Positions 8,432-18,550 are shown, numbered from the stretch's first letter. The stretch is DNA of 64,000 nucleotides from an uncultured Eubacteriales bacterium (GCA_964556755.1 CAZKXI010000002.1:88263-152262); one strand, 5' to 3'. Translations and numbers: made by a program. Notes: a model not told the origin generated them from the letters alone.

Positions 8432-11251
8432 ATGGATACCATCGGCAAATACCAGATCATCGAAGAGCTCGGCCGCGGCGGGATGGGCGTCATCTACAAA
8501 GCCCTCGATCCGGACATCCACCGCACGGTCGCCATCAAGGTCATCCGCAAGGAGCTTCTGTCCGGAAGCGGGCCGCAGAGCGGCAAGGCCTTGAAGCGAT
8601 TCATGGTCGAAGCCCAGGCCGCCGGGCGGCTGACCCACCCCCACATCGCCACCATCTACGAGGTCGGGCGCCACGAGGACCAGACCTTCATCGTCATGCA
8701 GTACATCGCCGGCCAGAGCCTGCGCAAGCGCCTGGACGCCGGCCGGGCCTTCTCGGCCGAGGAAGCCGCGGACTTGGCCGTCCCGATCTGCCAGGCGCTG
8801 GACTACGCCCACCGTAGCGGCGTCGTTCACCGCGATATCAAACCCGACAACATCCTCCTGGACGGGGACGGCAAGCCCTACCTGGTCGACTTCGGCATCG
8901 CCACCGTGGAATCCGTCGACGTGACCAAGACCAGCACGGTCATGGCCACGCCGGCCTACCAGTCGCCCGAACAAGTCTTGGGCGAGCCGATCGACGCCCG
9001 CTCCGACATCTTCTCCTTCGGCATCGTCCTTTACGAAATGCTGGCCGGCCAGCGGCCCTTCGCCGGCCAGAACTCGACGACCGTGGCCCTGAAGATCGTC
9101 AAGGAAGAGCCGCCCGAGCTTGTGCCCAAGGCCGGCGCCCTGCCGGAGGGATTCGCCGCGGTCGTCCTGAGAGCCCTGGCCAAGCGGCCCGAGGACCGCT
9201 GGGCTTCGGCCGGCGAGATGGCCGAGGCGATCCAGGAGAGCGCCCGCTCGGAGCAGGAGACGACCGTCATCAAGACCCAGCCGAGGGCCACGCTGCCGCG
9301 GACGGCGGCCCGCCGCAAGCCCCGCGCCGGGAGATGGCCGGCTTGGCTCCGCTCGCCGGCCGGAACGGCGGCCGGAATCGCCATCGCCGCCGCGGCCCTT
9401 TTCGGCTTGCTGGTCCTGGGCCGCAAGCTGCTCGTGCGCCCGGCTTCCTTCGAGAACTTGATCACGGTCGCCCCCTTCGCCTATAAGACCCGGGACCTGC
9501 CGGACCGCCTCATCGAGTTCGCTCTGGACCGGGCTCTGACCGCATCAACCCGCATCCCCGTTCTCAGCGGCGACGGCCGCGAGCTGGCGGCGGGGGGCGA
9601 TGGCATCCGGGCCCGCAAGCCGCTGGCCAGGATCTCGGGGACGGTGGTCCCCACCCTGACCGGATTCGACGTCGATGTGACGATCGTCCATAAGGGAGTC
9701 AAGAGCCGCAAGGCCTTCCCCTGTAAGGGCAGCCTCGACTTGATCTCGAGCCGAATCGAAGAGATCCTGGCCTTCCTCAAGTCCCGCTCGGATGGGGACA
9801 TCGGCTCGATCGAGGGCGGGCGGAGCTTTGCCGCCATCTGCACCGCCAACTGGGATGCCTTGACCCACTACCTGAAGGCCCGGGCGGCCTGGGACAAGCT
9901 TGAGTCCAAGACGGCCGCGGCCGAGCTCAAGACGGCCCTGGAGTACGACCCGGATTTCGCCCTGGCCCGGCTGAAAGCGGCCGAAGTGGATTTCTTCCAG
10001 GACGATCGCGTGGTCGCCCAGGCCAACGCCGAGGAGGCTCTGGCCGATGCCGGGCGATTGATCGGCTACGACACGCTCCGCCTGAAAGCCCTCCTGGCCC
10101 GCATCGAGTCCCGGCCGGCCGAGGAGAGGGGCTTCCTGATGCAGCTGAAGGAGGCTTTTCCCGGCAGCCGCGAGTACCTCTACGAGTTCGCCGAATCCTA
10201 TTTCCACACCGGCGACGGAGCCGAGGCCATCCCCTACTACGCCAAGGCCCTGGATTTGGACGGGTCCTATGCCCTGGCCCACAACCACATCGCCTTCTGC
10301 TACGCTTGGACGGGCGACCACGCCAAGGCGGACGAGCATTTCCGCCGCTACGTCGAGCTGGACAAGACGGCCAACTCCTACGATTCCATGGCCTCCGGCC
10401 TGATGTTTGCCGGCCGCTACGCGGAAGCGGTCGCGGCCCTCGACAAGGGCAAGGCCCTGGACGACGGCCTCTACTATCTCTACTCCAACTACGCCACGAA
10501 CTTCGCCCTGACCGGAGCCCTGGCCAAGGCCGAGGAGAGCCTGCGCCGGGAAGCCGACGCCGCGACCGGCGACTCCTCCCGCTTCGACATCCAGTTCGAG
10601 AGGGCCCACATCGCCGCCCTGCGGGGCGACGCGGCCAAGGCCGAGGAGCTGCTGCGGCCCGCCCTGGAATACTACGGGGGCAAGGCCTTCGCCGACCGCC
10701 TGGACGAGTCGCCCATCCGCCCGATCTGGCTCTCCGGCTGCCTGGCCGCCAAGCGCGGCGACAAAGGACGGCTGCGGGCGTCCATCGCCGATCTGGCCCG
10801 GCGGGCCGCGGCCAAGGGGCTGAACGCGGCCAACTACTTCCCGGTCCTCAAGTTCCTGGCCCACCTGAGGGCGTGGCAGGCCCGCCTGGAGAGGGACAGG
10901 GACGGCGTCCTGCGCGAGGTCGAGGAGGCCCAGCGCTTCGAGCCCAAGATGGGATACTGGACCTCGCCTTTCGACCGGGCCTACTTCCTGGACGAGTACG
11001 CCCGGCTCATCCAGGAGGTCGACCCGGCTTCGGCCAAGCCCAAGGAGCTTCTGGGAGGCGTCCTGGCCTACAACGCCAGCTATCCTCCGGCCCTGCTGCG
11101 GATGGCCCGTCTCCTGAAAGCGGAGGGAGACGCGGACGGCGCCAAGCGCCTGCACGACCGAGCCCGCGCCGTCCTGGCCGGCGCGGACGCCGATTCTCTC
11201 CTGGCCAAGGAGCTCGGCGCCGTGGGAACGATCCTAGGAGTCCGGCCATGA
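8432..11251 (+). CDS. Hanks-type Ser/Thr protein kinase with TM segment and large C-terminal TPR-repeat domain
   Basis: GRGGMGVIYKA, AIK, HRDIKPDNILL, DFGIA, SPE kinase subdomains; hydrophobic helix AAGIAIAAAALFGLLVLG; ~600 aa TPR-like repeats. Confidence 0.85.
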   Translation: MDTIGKYQIIEELGRGGMGVIYKALDPDIHRTVAIKVIRKELLSGSGPQSGKALKRFMVEAQAAGRLTHPHIATIYEVGRHEDQTFIVMQYIAGQSLRKRLDAGRAFSAEEAADLAVPICQALDYAHRSGVVHRDIKPDNILLDGDGKPYLVDFGIATVESVDVTKTSTVMATPAYQSPEQVLGEPIDARSDIFSFGIVLYEMLAGQRPFAGQNSTTVALKIVKEEPPELVPKAGALPEGFAAVVLRALAKRPEDRWASAGEMAEAIQESARSEQETTVIKTQPRATLPRTAARRKPRAGRWPAWLRSPAGTAAGIAIAAAALFGLLVLGRKLLVRPASFENLITVAPFAYKTRDLPDRLIEFALDRALTASTRIPVLSGDGRELAAGGDGIRARKPLARISGTVVPTLTGFDVDVTIVHKGVKSRKAFPCKGSLDLISSRIEEILAFLKSRSDGDIGSIEGGRSFAAICTANWDALTHYLKARAAWDKLESKTAAAELKTALEYDPDFALARLKAAEVDFFQDDRVVAQANAEEALADAGRLIGYDTLRLKALLARIESRPAEERGFLMQLKEAFPGSREYLYEFAESYFHTGDGAEAIPYYAKALDLDGSYALAHNHIAFCYAWTGDHAKADEHFRRYVELDKTANSYDSMASGLMFAGRYAEAVAALDKGKALDDGLYYLYSNYATNFALTGALAKAEESLRREADAATGDSSRFDIQFERAHIAALRGDAAKAEELLRPALEYYGGKAFADRLDESPIRPIWLSGCLAAKRGDKGRLRASIADLARRAAAKGLNAANYFPVLKFLAHLRAWQARLERDRDGVLREVEEAQRFEPKMGYWTSPFDRAYFLDEYARLIQEVDPASAKPKELLGGVLAYNASYPPALLRMARLLKAEGDADGAKRLHDRARAVLAGADADSLLAKELGAVGTILGVRP

Positions 11252-12171
11252 ACCCTTCCCTGCATCTCGAGATTCCCGGCCGCGAGCCCGTCATCTACGA
11301 AGTCGCCAACACGACGGGGATCGGGCGGGCCTCGTCCAACCAGATCTGCCTCAAGGAGGACGCCGCCGCCTCGCGCCAGCACGCCCTGATCCGCCGCCAG
11401 GGCGAGCAGGAGTACTACCTCATCGACATGGGCTCGGCCAACGGCACGCTGCTGAACTCCAAGCTGATCATCGGCCCGACCCTGCTGCGCAACGGCGATC
11501 TCATCCAGGTCGGCGAGACGACCTTCCGGTTCGAGCTCCCGGGCCCCTCGCCCGAGGAGGTCGCCAAGCTCAGCCAGACGATATGCGAGAAGACCCAGAT
11601 GGCCGTCCATCTGCGGACCATGGTCATTTTGGTCTGCGACATCCGCAATTTTACCCGCATCGGGGAGCTCCTGACGCCGGACCAGCTGGCCCGCTTCCTG
11701 GGCTCCTGGTTCCGCCAGTCCCAGGAGATCATCGCCTCCCAGGGCGGCGTCGTGGACAAGTACATCGGCGACGCCGTGATGGCCTACTGGCCGGTCTCCT
11801 CCCAATCTCCCACGGAAGCGGCCGAGAACGCGGTCAACGCCGCGTTCCGCATCCAAGCCCTGGCCCGGACGACGACCCTTCCGGAGGGGACCGACTTCCC
11901 CTTCGCGGTCGGGGTCGGCATCAACCAGGGCCTCGTCTCCAGCGGCAACGTCGGGACCCAGTCCCAGCGCGACATGACCATCATGGGCGACGCGGTGACT
12001 CTGGCCTTCCGCCTGGAGTCGGCCTGCAAGGTCAAAGGCATGCCGATCGTGGTGGGAGCGGACATCCACCGGGTCCTGGGCGACAAGTTCAAGTTCATCG
12101 CCCTCGGCCAGGTCAAGCTCAAGGGCAAGACGACCAGCCCGGAGGCCTACGGCCTGAAAGTCGAAGGCTGA
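11248..12171 (+). CDS. FHA-domain class III adenylate/guanylate cyclase
   Basis: Only C-terminal 307 aa of ORF 10306..12171 are real: N-terminal FHA (SRQHALIRRQGEQEYYLIDMGSANGTLLN), then CHD cyclase (ILVCDIRNFT, DKYIGDAVMAYW, GNVGTQ..DMTIMGDAVTLAFRLE); ATG 11248 overlaps kinase stop (ATGA). Confidence 0.8.
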   Translation: MNPSLHLEIPGREPVIYEVANTTGIGRASSNQICLKEDAAASRQHALIRRQGEQEYYLIDMGSANGTLLNSKLIIGPTLLRNGDLIQVGETTFRFELPGPSPEEVAKLSQTICEKTQMAVHLRTMVILVCDIRNFTRIGELLTPDQLARFLGSWFRQSQEIIASQGGVVDKYIGDAVMAYWPVSSQSPTEAAENAVNAAFRIQALARTTTLPEGTDFPFAVGVGINQGLVSSGNVGTQSQRDMTIMGDAVTLAFRLESACKVKGMPIVVGADIHRVLGDKFKFIALGQVKLKGKTTSPEAYGLKVEG

Positions 12172-12174
12172 GTC

Positions 12175-12756
12175 ATGCGCCGAGCATCCAGAACGGGGCG
12201 GGGGGGCGTCGTGGCGCTGGGGCTGTTCGCTCTCTCTTCCTTCAGCCCGGCGGCCCAGGCTCCGGACGCGCGCTTGGCCGCCATCCGGGAGCATTCGGCC
12301 AGGGTCCAGTCGCTCATCGCCGAGGCGGACAAGGAGGCGGAGGGCGGCGGATTCTCCGGCCTCTATTGCACCGAAGTCGCCCTCAACAGCCGCAACGGAT
12401 CCTGGCGGGCGGTCGGGAACTACTACCAGAAGACGGCCTTCTGGCACAGCGACCAGCCGGAATTCGCCGAGGAAGGGCGGTCTGGCGCCTCCGTCCTGAT
12501 CAAGGCCGAGGTCCAGGAAGGCGCGGCTATTCGTACGTCTTACCGGGACTACCTCTTCAAGGACGGCCGCCTGGTCTTCGCTTACGTCAAGGAGAAAGCC
12601 GGCGACGGCCCCTTCGAAGAACGCCGATACTATTACGACGGCGGCAAGCTGTTCCGGGTCCAGATCGGCCAGGACGTAAGAGCCCAGGCGCCCGACGCCG
12701 ACATCGTCCGCGAGGCCGCCGCGCTGCAGGCCCGGTTCCTGGCCCTCTACCGCTGA
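12175..12756 (+). CDS. hypothetical secreted protein (signal peptide)
   Basis: Starts 3 nt after cyclase stop; N-terminal signal peptide VVALGLFALSSFSPAAQA; no recognisable domain. Confidence 0.45.
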   Translation: MRRASRTGRGGVVALGLFALSSFSPAAQAPDARLAAIREHSARVQSLIAEADKEAEGGGFSGLYCTEVALNSRNGSWRAVGNYYQKTAFWHSDQPEFAEEGRSGASVLIKAEVQEGAAIRTSYRDYLFKDGRLVFAYVKEKAGDGPFEERRYYYDGGKLFRVQIGQDVRAQAPDADIVREAAALQARFLALYR

Positions 12757-12808
12757 TCCGCTCGGGGCGCCGCGGACGCCGCATCGCCCTCGGGCCGCAC
12801 CGGTCCGG

Positions 12809-14839
12809 TCAGCGCCGGCGGTACTTGATCAAAAGCGAGCCGCGGGGCTCGGCGATCTTGATATCCAAGCCGGCCGCAAGCTCTCTCCCCTTCTTGATCA
12901 GCGCCAGCCCGTAGTCCTCGAAGGAGACCTCGTAGTCCCCTTCCGCCTCGAGTCCGCGCAGGGCCGGCCGGATCGAGGATGCCTCGGCCTTATCCCGGCG
13001 GAAGGCCAGGATGAGGCCGTCGCCTCTCTCCGGCCGATTCCATTGGAAGGCCGTCCAGGTGTCGTCCGAGGTCGCGTACTCGGTCAGGGGGTAGAAGTCC
13101 GCCGAGAGGAACGGACGCACGGCCCGGAAGTCGGCGATATCGGCCTGGGCCAGATCCGTTCGGAAGGCCGGCTTGTCGAAATCCCAGGCCAGGACGACGG
13201 CCCCGCCGGACAGGGCGGCCCGGAAGGCGTATCGGCTCGGATCGTTGTTGCCGGTCCCGCTATACGGGAGATAGAGCTGCAAGCCGTAGCTGTGGCCCAG
13301 CTCGCCGTTCGGCTCGCAGGGCTCGGAGTCCGTCCGCCACAGGGGGATGCTCCGGCCGACGGTCTCGAGGTCGAGCCGGCGGCCGCCTCCGGCACAGTTG
13401 TCGATCATCAGCCCCGGCACCCTGGCGAGGAGAGAGTCCCAGTAGTCGTAGAGCCCTTCGATATGCCGGATCTCGGAGATGCCGAGCCGGTCGGCGGCGT
13501 CCCGGGACTGCCAATAGGGCGCGGCGTTGATGTTGATGTCCTGGCGGTAGATGGTCACCCCCGATTCGAGGAGGAGGCGCGCCACCTCGTCGATGAGCCA
13601 GGCCCGGGCCCGTGAATTGCCGAGATCGAAGAGCCGGTCGGGCCTGTCAGGAAGGCGGATCAGCCATTCCGGATGCTCCCGGTCGAGACGCGTCCCCTGA
13701 AAGACGCGCTCGGGCTCGAACCACAGGACGAAGCCCTTGCCGCGGCGGCGGGCCTCGTCGCCGACCGGCTTCAGGCCGCGCGGGAAGCGGTCCGGGTCCG
13801 GCCGCAGGGAGCCGACGGTATCCCACCAGTATTGGCCGGGATTGCCCTCGAACCATCCGGCGTCGATCCAGTAGGCGTCGGGATCGAGGCCGAATTGGGC
13901 CAGCCGATCGATCATGGCCAGGACCCGGATCTCGGTGGCGCAGGTGTACTCGCTGCAGGGGGCCGGGCCGCCATAGCCGACGCCGTGGGAGATCGGCGGC
14001 ACGACGGGCGCGCCGCCGGGACGCGGCGCATGGTGGTCGCGGAGAAAGCGGCGAAAGAGATTATGTCCGTCGATTCGGTCGGCGCTCTTCCAAAAGACGA
14101 GGGCCATCGACGGCGAGCGGACCTCCTCGCCGGGATGAAGGCGGAAATGGGTCTTCTCCATCCCTGCGGCCAGGCTGATGGAGCCGCCCGCTTCGCCGCG
14201 GACGACCGCCTTCCAGCGGCCGGTCCAGCCGATGGCGGCCATGATCCCGCGATCGGATCCGGCGATGTTGAAGAACGGCAGGGCGTTGTCGGAGGACCGG
14301 CCGCCGCGGGGGCCGAAGGAGACTTCGGATCCGGCCCGAAGGGTATCGGCGATGGGCGCGAAATCCGATCGGGCGGCGTCGCTGCCGCGGGCCCGATGGA
14401 GCGTGGCGGGCCCCTCGATCAGGCCTTCGAGGCGCAGCGAGGCGATGAGAATATCGCTGAGAACGGGCGAATCGGCCGGACCTTCGTTCTTGAAGCGGAC
14501 AATCCATTCCACGGCCGGGTAGTCCGCATAGAGGGTATAGGCCACGGTCACTCTGAGCTTCGTCGCCGGATCGGAGTAGACGACCGTCTTCAGCGTCTTG
14601 TTCCCGTTCGTCTCGGCCTTGGAGTCAACGCGCCAGCGGCTCAGGAAAGAGGCCGAGGAGCGATCCCCATAGACGAAGGAAAAGGGCGGCGCGGCGGTTC
14701 GCTCGACCCGGGCAGCGACGAATCGGGCCAGGCCGGCCCGGTCATGGAACGCGGCCGGCTCATAGCTCAGGGCCGAAGACACCGCCGCCAGAAAAATCCC
14801 GGTCACTCCCAACGCCGCCGCCGTCGCTCTTCGGATCAT
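12809..14839 (-). CDS. glycoside hydrolase family 36-like alpha-galactosidase (secreted)
   Basis: YWIDAGWF, FVLWFEPERV and DNCAGGGRRLD resemble GH36/GH27 (clan GH-D) catalytic motifs; signal peptide after internal Met (MIRRATAAALGVTGIFLAAVSS) so start set at 14839. Confidence 0.65.
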   Translation of the reverse strand: MIRRATAAALGVTGIFLAAVSSALSYEPAAFHDRAGLARFVAARVERTAAPPFSFVYGDRSSASFLSRWRVDSKAETNGNKTLKTVVYSDPATKLRVTVAYTLYADYPAVEWIVRFKNEGPADSPVLSDILIASLRLEGLIEGPATLHRARGSDAARSDFAPIADTLRAGSEVSFGPRGGRSSDNALPFFNIAGSDRGIMAAIGWTGRWKAVVRGEAGGSISLAAGMEKTHFRLHPGEEVRSPSMALVFWKSADRIDGHNLFRRFLRDHHAPRPGGAPVVPPISHGVGYGGPAPCSEYTCATEIRVLAMIDRLAQFGLDPDAYWIDAGWFEGNPGQYWWDTVGSLRPDPDRFPRGLKPVGDEARRRGKGFVLWFEPERVFQGTRLDREHPEWLIRLPDRPDRLFDLGNSRARAWLIDEVARLLLESGVTIYRQDININAAPYWQSRDAADRLGISEIRHIEGLYDYWDSLLARVPGLMIDNCAGGGRRLDLETVGRSIPLWRTDSEPCEPNGELGHSYGLQLYLPYSGTGNNDPSRYAFRAALSGGAVVLAWDFDKPAFRTDLAQADIADFRAVRPFLSADFYPLTEYATSDDTWTAFQWNRPERGDGLILAFRRDKAEASSIRPALRGLEAEGDYEVSFEDYGLALIKKGRELAAGLDIKIAEPRGSLLIKYRRR

Positions 14840-14896
14840 GGGGCCACTATAATGATTCTCCGCCGCCTCTTCAATCCTGCCGGGGCGCGGAATCTG

Positions 14897-14939
14897 GCGC
14901 GCCTGGGGTGACTCGAACACCCGACCAACGGTTTAGGAA
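14897..14939. repeat. attL: 43-bp direct repeat (3' portion of tRNA-Arg)
   Basis: gcgcgcctggggtgactcgaacacccgaccaacggtttaggaa identical to 28384-28426. Confidence 0.85.
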
Positions 14940-14956
14940 GGCGGGATATGCTGGAT

Positions 14957-16105
14957 TTAATTATAGCGTATTGAATCACTTGGGAGCCGCTTGATTTTTA
15001 CGGTGTCGACTTTTTGACGGGATGGATCCATGATTTCGCCCAGCCGCTCAACGGCCCGGCGCATGTTCTCCGGCGTCGGATGGCAATAGCGCATGGTCGT
15101 TTGAATCGACGCATGCCCGAGCACCTTGGAGACCGTGACCAGGTCGACGCCGGCCTCGACCATCTTCGAGGCCGCGGTATGCCTCAGGTCATGGAAGCGG
15201 ACTCCTGTGATCCCCGGATCATCCTCATCGTTGAGATCCGTCTTCGCCTTCCTGCAGGCCGCATGGAAGGCCGTCTTCACGTCCTGGACTGGCTTCGTCG
15301 GATCGGCGCCGGGGAAGACGTATTCCCCCTTCCTGGGAAGGACGGCCAGGGCCTCCATGACAGCGCTGTTGACGGGCACCTTGCGGCCCCTGCCGCTCTT
15401 GGAGTCCTCGATATTGATATAGCCGCGGACCAGGTCGACGTTTGTCCATCGGAGGCCCAGGATCTCGCTCCGCCGCATGCCCGTGTTCAAGGCCACTATG
15501 AGGACAGGGCGGAACGTGTTCGACGCCGACCGGAGGAGCCGATGAGCCTCTCCCGCCGACAGGATCCGCTCTCGAGCGTTGGCCTCTTTCAGCCTTCGGA
15601 CGCGTCGGATGGGGTTCTTCTCGATTCTCCCCCACTCCTCAGCCTTGTTGAAGAGGGTCTTCAGGCATGTCAGCTCTCGGTTGACCGTCGCCGGCGAGAT
15701 CGGAGCGGACTTCTTCGCGTTGTAGTGCTTGACCCGCTCGGCCCGCCGGCCGGCCTTGAACCGCTCCACGTCCTCGGAGCCGATCCCCTGGAGGGAGCGC
15801 CCGGAGAAGTAGCGCTTGAGGTTGTCCAGAAGGATCTCGTCCCGCTTCCAGGAGCGCTTGTTCTGCTTACAGTAGACCTCGAGGAATTCGTCTGCGAAGG
15901 CATCGAAGGGAACGGGATCCCCGCCAGCCTTCTTGAAGCCGAGCCGCTCATTCAGGAGCTCGATGCGGAGCTTCGCCAGGGCGTTCCGGGCCTGTTCCTT
16001 AGTGTATCCCCCGAGCTGACGGATTCGCTTCCCTCGGAAGGTGAAGTCGATATGCCACCTCCCATCCTTTTGGATTAGGTTCCGGTCATTCTTCGGTTTG
16101 ACCAT
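14957..16105 (-). CDS. int: tyrosine-type site-specific integrase (phage integrase family)
   Basis: C-terminal catalytic region RFHDLRHTAAS..LGHASIQTTMRYCH (R..HxxR..Y) and N-terminal SAM-like/arm-binding region; lies immediately inside attL. Confidence 0.85.
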   Translation of the reverse strand: MVKPKNDRNLIQKDGRWHIDFTFRGKRIRQLGGYTKEQARNALAKLRIELLNERLGFKKAGGDPVPFDAFADEFLEVYCKQNKRSWKRDEILLDNLKRYFSGRSLQGIGSEDVERFKAGRRAERVKHYNAKKSAPISPATVNRELTCLKTLFNKAEEWGRIEKNPIRRVRRLKEANARERILSAGEAHRLLRSASNTFRPVLIVALNTGMRRSEILGLRWTNVDLVRGYINIEDSKSGRGRKVPVNSAVMEALAVLPRKGEYVFPGADPTKPVQDVKTAFHAACRKAKTDLNDEDDPGITGVRFHDLRHTAASKMVEAGVDLVTVSKVLGHASIQTTMRYCHPTPENMRRAVERLGEIMDPSRQKVDTVKIKRLPSDSIRYN

Positions 16106-16315
16106 CGCGTCCTCCCCCTCCCGCTCACGCGTTAGGATTGGGAGAGGGAGCCGAAGCCCCCTCTCCTGGTCGACCTTGTCGCCCTCGCCTTACCTCTTCC
16201 AGCACCTTGACGGGCAAGGATTCATCAACGCGGATCCGGCCGAACAGCAGATAATTCTCGATCATCATCTGAATCATCTCCGACTTCCGTTCGTCCATGA
16301 TCCGGATTGAACCTC

Positions 16316-16498
16316 TCAGGCCGTCTTCCCGGCCTTGACGCGAGTGATGGCCTTGCCCAGCCCGTCCGCGATAGTCTGGAGGCGGGTCCGCTCCGAAGGG
16401 CGCATGATCCAAGACAGCTCTTCGATCATGCCCAAAATTGCCCGTCTCATTTCCTCGGCCACATCGACCAGCCCTGCCATCGCCTCAGGATCTGTCAT
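16316..16498 (-). CDS. small hypothetical phage-like protein
   Basis: 60-aa ORF overlapping the next gene's end by 14 nt; no domain recognised. Confidence 0.25.
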   Translation of the reverse strand: MTDPEAMAGLVDVAEEMRRAILGMIEELSWIMRPSERTRLQTIADGLGKAITRVKAGKTA

Positions 16499-16928
16499 TG
16501 TTCCCCGTCCCGGCTACGTAGACCTTGCCGAGCCGGCTGATGGCGCCGTGTGCTTCGACATAGGCGGTCAGCAGCTCAGCTGCAGCCTTGGCCTGATCGA
16601 TGGAGAGGACAAGCTCGAGCCCGCCCCCGGCCTTGTCCTTGAAGAAGACGGCTGTGGTTCCGTCGACGGTTCGCTCCCCGTCTGTCGATACCTCGGACGA
16701 GATGGTGGCCTCAGCGTCGCAGAGCCAGGCCATGATATCGGCCTTCTCCAGCGCCGGCTTGCAGTCCTCGAACTTGATCTCGAGATCGAGCTCGATTCCA
16801 GGGCCATCCTCAACCTCGAGGGCAAGCCCCTTTCCCCCATCGACCAGGGCCCGAGGGCCCTTCGCCTTGATTGCCCCGCCGAAGCGGAATGCTCCCGCGG
16901 CTCCAGTTGGTTCTGCTTTCTGTTTCAT
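16485..16928 (-). CDS. hypothetical phage-like protein
   Basis: Start at internal Met (MKQKAEPTG..) with AAGAGG RBS; 147 aa; no family recognised. Confidence 0.4.
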   Translation of the reverse strand: MKQKAEPTGAAGAFRFGGAIKAKGPRALVDGGKGLALEVEDGPGIELDLEIKFEDCKPALEKADIMAWLCDAEATISSEVSTDGERTVDGTTAVFFKDKAGGGLELVLSIDQAKAAAELLTAYVEAHGAISRLGKVYVAGTGNNDRS

Positions 16929-16947
16929 GAATGACCTCTTGGGAGCT

Positions 16948-17253
16948 TCAGCTGGCAGCCGTAGCGGCCCGGCCATCCAGGAACAGGTCCGACAATCCAT
17001 CCAGGATTTCAGCAGCCAAAAGCCGACGCGACGCGGTCGCCATATCCGCGCTCATTTCGCGCCATACCTTGCCGAAGAGCAGCATCCCCCTCCTTGCTTC
17101 AGCGCTGTCCCTGAGCATCCGAGCGAACTCCTCCGCCGCCAGCTGCAGCTTCTCGTTGCCCGGCATGGGCCCCCGGGCAGACGCTACCCCCACTTTGCGC
17201 CGGCGCTTGATTGCCGGAGCGGCCTTGACCACCGCGGACTTCTTGGACTTCAT
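16948..17253 (-). CDS. hypothetical Lys/Arg-rich small protein
   Basis: Start at MKSKKSAVV with AGGAGG RBS; basic N-terminus. Confidence 0.4.
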   Translation of the reverse strand: MKSKKSAVVKAAPAIKRRRKVGVASARGPMPGNEKLQLAAEEFARMLRDSAEARRGMLLFGKVWREMSADMATASRRLLAAEILDGLSDLFLDGRAATAAS

Positions 17254-17275
17254 CGATCCTCCTTGAAGGGAAAAT

Positions 17276-17482
17276 TTATTTACGACGCCTCGAGGCGCTC
17301 GTAGCGGTTTCTTCGACGCGGCCTTGGAGGTACTGACCAAGGTCGGCCGGATCGATTCGGACCAGACGGCCGACGCGGTACACCTTCAACCGGCCGGAAT
17401 TGATGATCTTGTACGCAGTCGCTCGACTTACCTTGAGGATCCGCCGCAAATCCTGCGGACTTAACAGCTCCATCGTGTTCAT
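17276..17482 (-). CDS. excisionase/AlpA-like helix-turn-helix DNA-binding protein
   Basis: MNTMELLSPQDLRRILKVSRATAYKIINSGRLKVYRVGRLVRI: HTH typical of the excisionase-family DNA-binding domain; AGGAGAA RBS. Confidence 0.55.
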   Translation of the reverse strand: MNTMELLSPQDLRRILKVSRATAYKIINSGRLKVYRVGRLVRIDPADLGQYLQGRVEETATSASRRRK

Positions 17483-17542
17483 CGTTTTCTCCTGTGGAGT
17501 GATGGGGGCGGTCCCGCCCGCCCCCTTCCTCCCTTCCATTGC

Positions 17543-17788
17543 CTAGCGTCCCCGGACCGGGATCAGATAGCCGCAGAGGGCCCTCCGGTTCCCGCGTCGG
17601 ATCAGCACCGAATGACGGAGGGAACGAAACATCCCGCCGTCTTCGTGGAGCGCCTCGAAGTGAGCGCGGAAGCGATGAGCAGCGGGCTCCGATCCGCGCA
17701 TCACCTCGGCCTGGAGGCAAGCCATGCACTCCTCGGCCTGGAAGTCCGCCGGGATTGGCTCCGGCCGGCGCTTCCTTCGTCCGAACAT
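17543..17788 (-). CDS. hypothetical protein
   Basis: 81-aa ORF in island, Cys/His-containing, no family recognised. Confidence 0.25.
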   Translation of the reverse strand: MFGRRKRRPEPIPADFQAEECMACLQAEVMRGSEPAAHRFRAHFEALHEDGGMFRSLRHSVLIRRGNRRALCGYLIPVRGR

Positions 17789-17933
17789 GTCAGACCTCCT
17801 CAGGGCAAGTCTTATGACCAGCCCTCTGTATTCCTTACTATAACATTATATCACTTAATAGCACTTTGTCAAGTGGCATTGTGGCGTCGGATTCGCCTTC
17901 GTTGTAGAATCAATCCTGCGCTGGGATTAGAAA

Positions 17934-18140
17934 ATGCCCGACAAGAAAACCTCAAATGATCTCATGACGAAACAAGAGGTCATGGCATATCTCAGGATCA
18001 GCCATCAGACCCTCTTCCGGATGATGAAATCGGGAGCTTTCCCCTACTTCAAGCTCGAGCGGAAGGTACTGTTCCGGAAGTCTGACGTCGACGCTTACCT
18101 GGAAGCCCACCTAGTGACCCCGACGCGGTCCCGGAGATAG
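17934..18140 (+). CDS. excisionase-family helix-turn-helix DNA-binding protein
   Basis: LMTKQEVMAYLRISHQTLFRMMKSGAFPYFKLERKVLFRKSDVDAYL: canonical excisionase-family HTH; low-GC context. Confidence 0.6.
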   Translation: MPDKKTSNDLMTKQEVMAYLRISHQTLFRMMKSGAFPYFKLERKVLFRKSDVDAYLEAHLVTPTRSRR

Positions 18141-18550
18141 CTCCTATCTTCCTTTGCCCCCTGCCTCCTTTGGCCGAGCTCCTGGAGATCGCCAGTCCTG
18201 GGCCGCAGGATGCACGCTGCGGGCCTCTGTGGCCGATAACTTGAGCCGGGGATGGGTAGGGTACAGGGGAGGCGGAGGGCAAAGCCAGCAGTGCTGGATT
18301 TGCCGGCTCAGGAATTGAGCGCGGGAGCTTTCCTTCTTCGTCAGGCCAAGTTCGGATAAGGTCGGGGCGTCATCACGCGGTTCCACGTAGGCACCGCGTG
18401 GCCCCGTTTTCGTTCCGCCGGCCTTTGCGCCCTGCGCCCGATCTGTAGCGGCCAGCAACTCCCCGAGCTTGCGCTCGGCCCGTAGGGCGTTCGGCCAGGG
18501 CGTCCTCGCCGGCAGGACAAGAGCGGGCGCTTGACCGGTCATCGCTCCGG

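Noticed and set aside
10306-12171. 621-aa ORF on plus strand
   Set aside because: The first ~310 aa are an alternate frame of the Ser/Thr kinase gene. The real gene is the FHA-cyclase from ATG 11248.
18141-18550. Gene-free 410 bp between the excisionase-family gene and the tape-measure gene; listed ORFs 18144-18983 and 18373-18558
   Set aside because: The ORFs overlap the tape-measure gene out of frame or are low-complexity. I could not support a coding call, and it may be a convergent terminator region or a decayed gene.
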